Shown here: positions 34,574-46,300 of the stretch, in pieces | Layout of the letters: each line of letters begins with the position of its first letter | Position numbering within the stretch: position 1 is the first letter of the stretch | Source of the DNA: Glycera tridactyla | Taxonomy: Eukaryota | Reading direction: 5' to 3' | DNA: 64,000 bases | Assembly: GCA_965644265.1 (NCBI GenBank) | Contig: OZ286459.1 | Location: 24,552,001 to 24,616,000 of the forward strand | Made by a program: the position numbers and the translations under genes | Notes under the pieces: generated by a model | What the model saw: the letters and a program-made list of their open reading frames with translations, nothing else | Databases searched by the model: none | What the model was told of the DNA's origin: nothing

Positions 34574-37500
34574 TTATCACGGCAACCACCAGAATGATAC
34601 TGTATGAATAAGTCGTGAATGAGAACGTGAGTTCATTAAATTTTCCCATTGTATGGAAACTTTCTTGAGCTGCCTATCTAATCCGGTGGTGATTGTATTC
34701 CGACAATGATTGTAGCGGGGTGTACATGTATGCATAGTTGCAGGGCAAACATGCCAGTAATCCGTGGAATGTCAACAATAGGGCAGGCATCGGTGATTAT
34801 TTTAGGTTGCTGTTGTGCTGCAATCGTCCCACAGCGTTTGCCTGGTTGTGACACATTCGGAATTCATTATCTGGTGAAAACCCACCAAGGGGAATTCATT
34901 TAAGAGTGTTGAGTGTGGATGCCTGATGTCATCATACTTACTTAGTTGGTACTGGTTCAATGTGATGTTGGCACGATTTGTGCTATATTTTGACGCCATT
35001 GATTGGGCTTGGGTTGGATGTTTCATGCCCTATCCTTCATGACCCATCGTTTTCAACAAAGGGTGGAATTTCATGAAGTTCACAAACACTCAAGATGACT
35101 TTTCCATCAACTAGTATGGCAACTACTACTACTACATACTGGGACATTGCTGTCGGGCAATCAGGGAATCCATAATCCAATATATTCTACATACGATGCC
35201 GGCGTGTGATCAAATATGCCTGGAAACTAGGAAATGTGGGACTTTCTCACTACTATCCTCCTAGTTGTTAATGTGCACATAGATGTGAACAGGTTCTCTA
35301 TATGCTCCTGTGTTTGCTGCACATGTTGGCATGTGCAATAATACATTATAGTATTCACATAAGTGTGGGTCATCCTTAGCTCAGAATCGAACGATGAGAA
35401 CAAAACAAGATTGATCATACAGATTTGTAAGAAGAACAAACGTGATGCTAGGCCTATAAGATGATGCACTAGGTAGGGGGGAAATACAGCAAAAAGCATT
35501 GGTGTGTAGGAAAATGCCATGGGTCGTAGCGTCATGGTGATAAATGGCGTGTGTTACGTGAGCGGAAACAAAAACCGAAGGCAAAGGCTGGGTGACTGAT
35601 TTTGTAAGCCACCTCCCTTTGAATACTGGGCTTGGAAATAAGACATCAGTTTTCAGTCGGCACACAAGTTGTTACTTGCCTCGGACCCGCAGTAAATTGA
35701 TCTCTCATCCGCATCATTCTGTGATATCACTACGACAGTTTTCACAAGCTTTGCGGCAGGAGTAGACAAATGATGATGCATAATAAGGCAGTATTGTCAC
35801 AGATTGAGATATATCGAGCATGGATTGGTCTGGCATGGAGTGATACGGAATCGGCAAACTGGCAAATTTCACACATGTGTGTGAGATAGTCTGATCAGAT
35901 TTGAATCCATTTTTGGGAATGGCTATGCTGGGCTCTAGATGGTGGTTGGTCAGCTGAGAAATTGCCGGGAGGCAGTGTCGCTCATTCGACAAGTGACCCG
36001 CTGATGTCAAGCCCGCCAGCACACTTCCATCTCAACGAATACCCACCCCATGCATGCCATGGGGTTAGATGGATACTTCAATCGAAATGTAGCATGTGGC
36101 AGGTATCATTCTATTGCCACATAAACTCATGGTTTATAGCTTATCAATGATGCCACCAGTTCCAAAAATAGCCTTGGTACTGAACATGGTGACGATATTC
36201 TCGAGAGAAAAAAGCAATAAAAGTGTGATCCCACTCACTATTTTGGATTATTATTATTCATTTTGAGTCATAAGTTGGGTGAGGAGTCATGTGAGTAAAA
36301 CACCAGTATTTTGAAGGCTATAAAGAATCCATAAGACTCAGTTGCACATGTTTCGCCACCAGGGGCAAAAACGGCAGTTTGAAGTCTGAGCTGAACACGG
36401 CTCCATATGAGATATAGGACCATAGATCGGCCTCCTCGATGTGCGCCACTCATTTGCTGACACTTACACACGAGCCTGATCAGTTGTAACGCAACATGTC
36501 AGAGAAAGCCCCCAAAACATCATGGGGGAGTATGAACCATTTTTTCAGCCAAAATCTTGAACATATGCTATTATATGACACGAACCAGAATAAGGCATGT
36601 TCAAGATGAAGGAATTAGAAGTAGATTGCCATTTGGTTTTTTCAATGATGTCTGGTTGATGCTTGTCTGGAGATGTGATTTTTTTTTTTTTTCTGGGGGT
36701 CTAACGTCACGTCAGCTCCATCTTGGCTATATTGTGACGCCCATGCAATGGGCATAGGCGGGATCATTTAAGACTCCTCCTTCTGGATCCCCAACAGAAG
36801 GCGAAAATTTTATGAAATTCACAGACACTCAAGGTGTCATTTCTGTTACTGGAGATGTGAATTTGCACAAATGAGACCCCCACTGTGCAGATTTGTTGGC
36901 CCTGGGGCGGTTGCCTGTAGAGTAGCATTCAGGAATGTCAGATGCTGGCCGAGGCCTAAACCGGCTTCTTTCGGTGTCACATTGTGCATAGAATGAGCTG
37001 GTTTGTCCAGCTTATTCGGGGTCTTCCACAATCTCAGGAATTGTCAGTCCTCTGGGAGAATGACAATGAAAAAGCCAAATCGCATAAATCATGGGGTGCA
37101 TCTGGGAACTTCAGCACGTCGTGACAAGACACAACAATGGCGCCCAGATCGCTATTAAAGAAGACAGCCTTTCATTCTTATCGCGAAATACAGGATTATA
37201 TGCCATTGACACGTGTTTTTGTCACTGTGTATATCACAACTGTTCTCTTGGGGTCGACAGCCCTAATTGTTGATCAGTTACGACCATCAGATCTCCCAAC
37301 ACGACCGCCAGCATCGTCACCACAGCTCTATCTCCTGTAAACCGGGGGTGTGCCATTGCTTGTACACTAACCTGATCTCACATGCAGAACAGTTGCCAAT
37401 CTGCCGCAGACTGACAGAAAGTAATCGCCCATACCACCTCAGACCACGCTAGTGTAAATGCAATATGAATCAGATGCGGGCATAGGTATGAAAATCCATG

Positions 37501-40238
37501 GAAAACAGGAAAATTCATAGACCTGACCAAACAACTAAGTCAGTACTGGCTGTTCTCCGTCACATGGACAACATTTAGGCTATATTCAGACGTCCTGGCA
37601 ATGGACATGGCTGAGATCATCTGATTCCCTCTTCTAGGTCCCCAACCTAATGTAGGAATTCATGAAATTCACAGATATTCGAGATCGGTGTAAGGGGCGG
37701 GGGAACCGGATAAATACATTTGCAATGCCAGGGATGGACTGTATTCTTGTTGAGTAATTGAGACCCATCATCCCAGAAAGGTACTCCATTATAAATACGT
37801 TCAAGTTCTCATTGGTATCCATTATTTTTTTTTTCATAATGAGCATATGAGCAGTTCCATCACTTGGTTTGCCTCAAGAGTGAGCTATGAACCTGTCGAG
37901 GTCGAATTTCTTTGTGCACAAGTATCATGCGAAGGGGAAGAAATCAGAAACAAATACTAAGATGTACGATCAAGAGAAAAGTGGATGGTTCGATGATTGA
38001 TTGGTCAGTCGATTGGTGTTCAAAGCTATCGGCACACTATACACTGGAAATACTATCGATTGGACGTTTCATGGGCATCAAGATGGCTATATTGAGACAC
38101 CCATTGAAAGGACATGGGTGAGATCACAAAAGACTCCCCCGGTCAAGGTCCCCGTCCAAATGTTAGCCCGATGAATATCAATGTCAAACAATGTGGTGAG
38201 AGGACACAAGGAAGAAAACGCGAGGAAGAACCACTGATTCCTTCTCAAACTCAGAACATAATCGTGCTGCGGGACACAAACCCAGCTTGTAGGCCATGAC
38301 CTACATTGAGGATAGCAATTTGAGCTGGTTTGCACTCTCCAGATGAGCCCTGTTCGGTTGATCTCACGGGAATATTGGCTTCATTACACAGTGCATTCAA
38401 ATGTTGCTAACAATGAAGCTTGCTTCTGCAGGAGTCCCATAGTTACAGCGCTTCCATTACCTGACAGTGATCTACAAGTGAGAGTATCCCTTAGATTCTA
38501 CCTTTACGGTTTACGACCAGTCTGATGATCTACTACTGGTAATGACACCCTGACTATCTGTGAATTGTAGACAGTTTCACTATATGTTAGGGGCCAAGCA
38601 GGGGAAGTCTTGATGATTTCCCATGCCTTTTGCACAAGTGTTACAATATAGCACATGCAGTGATAACATGACATTGAACCAGAACCAACCAACCATCTTA
38701 TGGGGCATAACGACCTGTCAATATCTGTCTACCACATACAATCATTTATGTCCATGGAGACCTCACCTTCGGTCATGTGCAGAGTTGTCTTTTGATACAG
38801 GTGATCTTCGAAGAGATTAGAATACCAATGACGCCACTCGTTAAAGGGTGGTCTTTGTGGTTGGGTGGTCTATGCATGCAGGTGGTCTAGATAAGATTTA
38901 ACCACTCCCATCACATTGCTTGGATTGTATCAACAGATTACATAGTGTGAGTGACAGCCAATACCCGAGGTCAACTCCAAGGGAATTCCAAATGAAATAG
39001 CTCATGAACGTGGCTATATATTACTTTCAAGATGACACGACCATATACGCAGGTACTTGTGAGTCTAAGCAATAGGGAGATGAAAGACATACAGACACTC
39101 TAACGAATTAATGAATGAATGCATGTCGCTGCATGGTGCTACATGTTTATCAGTTCTAACATCCAAAAAGCTACGGAACTTAGTTTTTGAGTCAGATATC
39201 AACACAATTGAGTTGACAGTGTTATGAATAAAAGTGAGTAAATCCTTTGGAATTGTGACATACAGAAACCTGTCACTCTTTCAGACATCGGGATAACAGC
39301 TGATTTATTGATTGATTGATGTTAACGGCATGTATCGACCCAGAGGATTATATATGTCGTGTATCTGGATAACGCACTAGATTTCAGATGGGTATTAGAA
39401 TGCACAAGTGAAATGTTCTCAAGATGAAATGCCTTTCGAATGAAAACATATTCAATTTATCCATTTCCATATTGAAATTATAACAATCCATGATGATTTC
39501 AGCTCCATCAAGGTAATATTCACCCACTCCTGATATCGGAACTGCAGTTGATGAAGGGAGAGAGAGGGGGAGAGACAACAGTCGAAAACTAATGAGAGTC
39601 ATTTTTCAGTTTCTCGTACAATTAATGATGACATTTCCGTCAAACCATAATGCTTGTGGCATTGTAATTAAATTGATTCTCGCCTACATGCCTAACAGCA
39701 GAGCACATTAACCAGTTCTTGAATGATGTATAGTAGAGCACCTGGTGCCTGTACAATTCTGTTTGATGAATCTTGAGTGATGGATTGATTGGCTGATCGA
39801 TTGGTTGAGTAGTAGGTTATCTACCTCGCTGGTTGGCTGATTTGTTGGTTGGCTGGCTAGTTGCGAGGCTGGGGGGGGGGGGGCTTGGTTGGGTTGCCAT
39901 TTCATTGACCAAAAAATACTGACTGACTAACTTGTGCAAAATGCACGAAGTAGGTGAGTGAGTGAGGGAGTGAGTGAGTGAGTTAGTTGAATGTTACGGA
40001 CGATCAGCCAGATGGACGAATGGACGGACAGACTGACGGACAGATGGATGAACGGATGGACTGACTGGCTGACTGACTGATGTAGCATTCCCCCAGCCCC
40101 AGTGCAAAACGTTCCCATATCAAATATTTGCAGCGTCGGCAAATAATATTCTTCTGTTTCTGATATTATCGCTTTTGCGTGACTGATCATTGCTGCAATT
40201 TTCCACCTATCCCTCATTAATTTCGAAACAAGACCTGC

Positions 40239-41033
40239 TTCAATAAGTATCGACTACCTTGGTGCCCCTGATCCACACTGATATGATTAGTGGAGCGTTC
40301 GTAGCAAGCATTGAAAGGGCCCATTGAACGTGTAGAGATATTAAAGATGATTTCAACAGGACACCATTCCTTCCATGCCATTAAAAGTTTTGACAGAGTG
40401 AAGTATACTCATGTGTGAGTATGCCCTAATGCTCGACCAGCTTGGTCCTGGAAGAATATAGGTAGTAATCCTTGCTTTGCCAGATACACCAAGATAGTCG
40501 ATACTTATTGAATCATCTCTAGCCATTAGGATGATTCACTAACACCGGTCGATGGGTGTTACAACCAGTCCTGATACACAACTCAGATGTAAGTGAGAAG
40601 GGAAATCAGATTTACTACAGGCATGTCAACTTTGTTCAGTATTGACTGACTTTTGTGACTGTCCCCTGAGATGTTTCAGGATATATATTGGCACATTGAC
40701 TGTAAGCTCCTCCTCTGTATTGAACATAATTTTGACTTGAATTTGATATCATCCTGCATGTTCCAAAAACGGCGTCTAGGCATCACTTGCAAAAGATGGA
40801 CAAACTATTTCTTTGGTTTATTTCAAGCATTGGACAAACAATTATATCCTGCAAGAACCAAAATTATATATACCCTTCTCGTCATTTGAAACAAATCAGA
40901 ATTGACATTGTAGTAGCTGAGTATATTTGCGAATATTTTTTCCCACAGCATATATCGACACAGGAGAAAGTCGTCGGTTCTTGTAATTGTCTCACTGTCT
41001 CGCTCTTTATGAATCTTATTGTATCTATAATAT
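40239..41033. other. Non-palindromic central spacer (~795 bp) of the giant palindrome, containing a 26-bp inverted repeat (40239-40264 / 40487-40512)
   Basis: Arm symmetry ends at ...gaaacaagacctgc (40238) and resumes at gcaggtcttgtttc (41034). The IR ttcaataagtatcgactaccttggtg / caccaagatagtcgatacttattgaa matches 25/26. Confidence 0.9.
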
Positions 41034-42297
41034 GCAGGTCTTGTTTCGAAATTAATGAGGGATAGGTGGAAAATTGCAGCAATGATCAGTCACGCAAAAG
41101 TGATAATATCAGAAACAGAAGAATATTATTTGCCAACGCTGCAAATATTTGATATGGGAACGTTTTGCACTGGGGCTGGGGGAATGCTACATCAGTCAGT
41201 CAGCCAGTCAGTCCATCCGTTCGTCCATCTGTCCGTCAGTCTGTCTGTCCATTCGTCCATCTGTCTGATCGTCCGTAACATTCAACTAACTCACTCACTC
41301 ACTCCCTCACTCACTCACCTACTTCGTGCATTTTGTACCAGTTAGTCAGTCAGTATTTTTTGGTCAATGAAATGGCAACCCAACCAAGCCCCCCCCCCCC
41401 CCCAGCCTCTCAACCAGCCAGCCAACCAACAAATCAGTCAACCAGCGAGGTAGATAACCTACTACTCAACAAATCGATCAGCCAATCAATCCATCACTCA
41501 AGATTCATCAAACAGAATTATACAGGCACCAGGTGCTCTACTATACATCATTCAAGAACTGGTTAATGTGCTCTGCTGTTAGGCATGTAGGCGAGAATCA
41601 ATTTAATTACAACGCCACAAGCATTATGGTTTGACGGAAATGTCATCATTAATTGTACGAGAAACTGAAAAATGACTCTCATTAGTTTTCAACTGTCGTC
41701 TCTCCCTCTCTCTCTCCCTCCATCAACTGCAGTTCCGATATCATGAGTGGGTGAATATTACCTTGATGGAGCTGAAATTATCATGGATTGTTATAATTTC
41801 AATATGGAAATGGATGAATTGAATATATTTTCATTTGAAAGGCATTTCATCTTGAGAACATTTCACTTGTGCATTCTGATACCCATCTGAAATCTAGTGC
41901 GTTATCCAGATACACGACATATATAATCCTCTGGGTCGATACATGCCGTTAACATCAATCAATCAATAAATCAGCTGTTATCCCGATGTCTGAAAGAGTG
42001 ACAGGTTTCTGTATGTCACAATTCCAAAGGATTTACTCACTTTTATTTATAACACTGTCTACGCAATTGTGTTGATATCTGACTCAAAAACTAAGTTCCG
42101 TAGCTTTTCGGACGTTAGACCTGATAAACATGTAGCAACATGCAGCGACATGCATTCATTCATTAATTCGTTAGAGTGTCTGTATGTCTTTCATCTCCCT
42201 ATTGCTTAGACTCACAAGTACCTGCGTATATGGTCGTGTCATCTTGAAATGAATATATAGCCACGTTCATGAGCTATTTCATTTGGAATTCCCTTCC

Positions 42298-42300
<3 letters not shown>

Positions 42301-42338
<38 letters not shown>
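42301..42338. repeat. (AT)n microsatellite at the edge of the block missing from the left arm
   Basis: Direct reading. Confidence 0.95.
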
Positions 42339-42340
<2 letters not shown>

Positions 42341-42779
42341 TGATTTTGTGTCCACCTCTATGCGCTGTAGAGTGATGGAACAAACACATGATGGGCTTGG
42401 TGAGAGTGTGTTCATATGCAGAGAGTGTTAATTGGCTTCTGTCAAGAGAATGTGAGATGTATGCTTCCATGTAAGATGCCATCCATCAACGTAATGACTC
42501 ACACTATGCCAGAGGCTTCAGCTGCTTTGGTAACACTTCCTCATTAACAAGGGAAAGACAGTGAGTAATCCTTGCTTTGCCAGATACACCAGTATTCAAC
42601 CCATTGCATGTATTTTCATTCATATGTTGTTTGAGTGTGGTGTCATCTTTTATCTCACGATATATCTCCATCCTTCCAGTACCAGATCTATGGGTGGATA
42701 TAGTGGGATTTGACGAACTTCCTGCCTATCGAATACAATGAATTTCCGATGTCGAAGGATGGTGGCAGATGAATCTGCT

Positions 42780-43330
42780 TTCAGCTGCTGATCACAATGC
42801 AGGGCTACTGACAGTCATTCGAACTTTATGCCTATTGCGAGAATGGTCACCAAAGACTGACTGGAAGCAGCTGTTTCTAGTTAACCACCAATGAAATACT
42901 TCGCAAGGACAGACTGCTGATTAATAAATGTATTCACTCAACAAGGACTGAAAACCCTGCAATGACCTGAGAATCAGCAGCAGTCTTTTCATTCAACAAT
43001 TATGGAACACACTCCGACAGACTGCTGAGACGAGAGGCTGCTGAATGGCAGCTGTTTACTCTCAACAACTATGGAAGACCCCACAACCGCAGACTGCTTA
43101 TGAACAATTGTTCTCACTTGACAACGATGGGAATTAATGCAATAACAGACCACTGATGAACTAACATTTTCACTTCACAACAAATCTTGCAACCGCAGAC
43201 TGCTGATAAATAGCTGATTTCACCTCGCAGCGATGGAAAGACCTGCAATGACAGACTGCTGAAAAGCAGTTTTTTATGATGGGAACACCCCAATCGACAG
43301 ACTGCTGAAAAGCAGCTGTCTCCATTCAAC
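42780..43330. repeat. Degenerate minisatellite, ~50-57-bp period
   Basis: cagactgctg...gcagctg motif recurs about 9 times. Confidence 0.7.
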
Positions 43331-46300
43331 TGTTATCACTATTAACAACAATGGGAAAATCTTGCGATGAGACACCGCCAAAAAGCAACCGCCTCTTGTT
43401 TACCGCTATGGCAAAACCAGCGTGAAGGCAGTTTCCCGAGAGAGGCGTTGGGTGAGAGCTACTCATTGGCTGACAGTAATTTTTTCCAAATATCATATTA
43501 GCGTGTGCAATATTCTATTTGCAATACACTATATGGAATGAATGGTGGAAAACCCAAAGACATGTTCATGGTAATGATGTTGTCTCTAGTAGGTCGTAAG
43601 CAGATGTTTGCACACGAGTGCCAGTCTCCTTGGAGTAGGTTCTGCTTACATACCATCACCATCATGGAATCGTTACCACACCAGACTGGCGTTGCTTGGT
43701 TACAGACTGATGTTGAGTCGGATATTGTTGACCTTGGGTATTGGCTGTCACTCACACTACATAATCTGTTGATACAATCCAAGCAACGTGATGGGATTGG
43801 TTAAATCTTATCTAGGCCACCTGCATGCATAGACCACCCAACCACAAAGACCACCCTTGAACGAGTGGCATCATTGGTATTCTAATCTCTTCGAAGATCA
43901 CCTGTATCAAAAAACAACTCTGCACATGACCGAAGGTGAGGTCTCCATGGACATAAATGATTGTATGTGGTAGACATATATTGACAGGTCGTTATGCCCC
44001 ATAAGATGGTTGGTTGGTTCTGGTTCAATGTCATGTTATCACTGCATGTGCTATATTGTAACACCTGTGCAAAAGGCATGGGAAATCATCAAGACTTCCC
44101 CTGCTGGGCCCCTAACATATAGTGAAACTGTCCACAATTCACAGATAGTCAGGGTGTCATTACCAGTAGTAGATCATCAGACTGGTTGTAAACCGATGAT
44201 CATAGGTCAAGGTAGAATCTAAGGGATACTCTCACTTGTAGATCACTGTCGGGTAATGGAAGCGCTGTAACTATGGGACTCCTGCCGAGCAAGCTGCATT
44301 GTTAGCAACATTTGAATGCACTGTGTAATGAAGCCAATATTCCCGTGAGATCAACCAAACAGGGCTCATCTGGAGAGCGCAAACCAGCTCAAATTGCTAT
44401 CCTCAATGTAGGTCATGGCCTACAAGCTGGGTTTGTGTCCCACAGCACGATTATGTTCTGAGGTTGAGGAGGAATCAGTGGTTCTTCCTCGCGTTTTCTT
44501 CCATGTGTCCTCTCACCACATTGTTCGACATTGATATTCATCGGGCTAACATTTGGACGGGGACCTTGACCGGGGGAGTCTTTTGTGATCTCACCCATGT
44601 CCTTTTAATGGGTGTCTCAATATAGCCATCATGAAACGTCCAATCGATAGTATTTCCAGTGTATAGTGTGCCGATAGCTTTGAACAACAATCAACCGACC
44701 AATCAATCATCGAACCAACCACTTTTCTCTTGATCGTACACCTTAGTAATTGTTTCTGATTTCTTCCCCTTCGCATGATACTTGTGCACAAAGAAATTCG
44801 ACCTCGACAGGTTCATAGCTCACTCTTGAGGCAAACCAAGTGATGGAACTGCTCATATGCTCATTATGAAAAAAAAAATAATGGATACCAATGAGAACTT
44901 GAACGTATTTATAATGGAGTACCGTTCTGGGATGATGGGTCTCAATTACTCAACAAGAATACAGTCCATCCCTGGCATTGCAAATGTATTGATCCGGTTC
45001 TCCTGCCCCTTACACCGACCTCGAATATCTGTGAATTTCATGAATTCCTACATTAGGTTGGGGACCTAGAAGAGGGAATCAGATGATCTCAGCCATGTCA
45101 ATTGCCAGGACGTCTCAATATTGCCTATGTGTTGTCCATGTGACGGAGAACAACCAGTACTGACTTAGTTGTTTGGTCAGGTCTATGAATTTTCCTGTTT
45201 TCCATGGATTTTCATACCTATGCCCGCACCTGTAGTTAACCTATGATTCATATTGCATTTACACTAGCGTGGTCTGAGGTGGTACGGGCGATTACTTTCT
45301 GTCAGTTGGCAGATTGGCAACTGTTCTGCATGTGAGATCAGGTTAGTGTACAAGCAACGGCACACCCCTGGTTTACAGGAGATAGAGCTGTGGTGACGAA
45401 GCTGGCGGTCGTGTTGAGAGATCAGATGGTCGTAACTGATCAACAATTAGGGCTGTCGACCCCAAGAGAACAGTTGTGATATACACAGTGACAAAAACAC
45501 GTGTCAATGGCATATAATCCTGTGTTTCGCGATAAGAAAGAAAGGCTGTCTTCTTTAATAGCGATCTGGGTGCCATTGTTGTGTCTTGTCACGACGTGCT
45601 GAAATTCCCAGAGGCACCCCATGATTTATGCGAATTGCCTTTCCATTGTCATTCTCTCAGAGGACTGACAATTCCTGAGATTGTGGAAGACCCCGAATAA
45701 GCTGGACAAACCAGCTCATTCTATGCACAATGTGACACCGAAATGAGCCGGGTTAGGCCTCGGCCAGCATCTGACATTCCTGAATGCTACTCTACAGGCA
45801 ACCGCCCCAGGGCCAACAAATCTGCACAGTGGGGGTCTTATTTGTGCAAATTCACATCTCCAGTAACAGAAATGACACCTTGAGTGTCTGTGAATTTCAT
45901 GAATTTTCGCCTTCTGTTGGGGATCCAGAAGGAGGAGTCTTAAATGATCCCTCCTATGCCCATTGCATGGGCGTCACAATATAGCCCAGATGGAGCTGAC
46001 GTGACGTTAGACCCCAACAAAACAAACAAAAAACAAAATCACATCTCCAGACAAGCATCAACCAGACATCATTGAAAAAACCAAATGGCAATCTACTTCT
46101 AATTCCCTCATCTTGAACATGCCTTATTCTAGGTCGTGTCATATAATAGCATATGTTCACGATTTTGGCTGAAAAACTGGTTGATACTCCCCATGATGTT
46201 TTGAGGGCTTTCTCTGACATGTTGCGTTACAATTGATCAGGCTCGTGTGTGAGTGTCAGCCAATGAGTGGCGCACATTGAGGAGGCCGATCTATGGTCCT

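Larger units (their letters stand above)
7492..40238 (-). repeat. Left arm of the giant palindrome (copy B), including ~15 kb of arm-specific TE insertions
   Basis: Reverse complement is collinear with 41034-60478 once Academ (12884-17627) and the LINE (20106-29543) are removed. Paired ORF-track entries such as 39927-40217(-)/41055-41345(+) and 35714-36022(-)/46695-47003(+) confirm it. Confidence 0.95.

Noticed and set aside
35714-36022. 102-aa ORF kept open in both arms (also 46695-47003), and the 96-aa ORF pair at 39927/41055
   Set aside because: Non-ATG start for the 102-aa ORF, no recognisable domain, and not evidently preserved in copy D. Openness is expected at 93-99% arm identity.
38979-42295. 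3.3-kb foldback transposon with 1.26-kb TIRs
   Set aside because: No TSD. It is better explained as the innermost part of the giant palindrome, separated from the outer arms by a 1.43-kb left-arm deletion.
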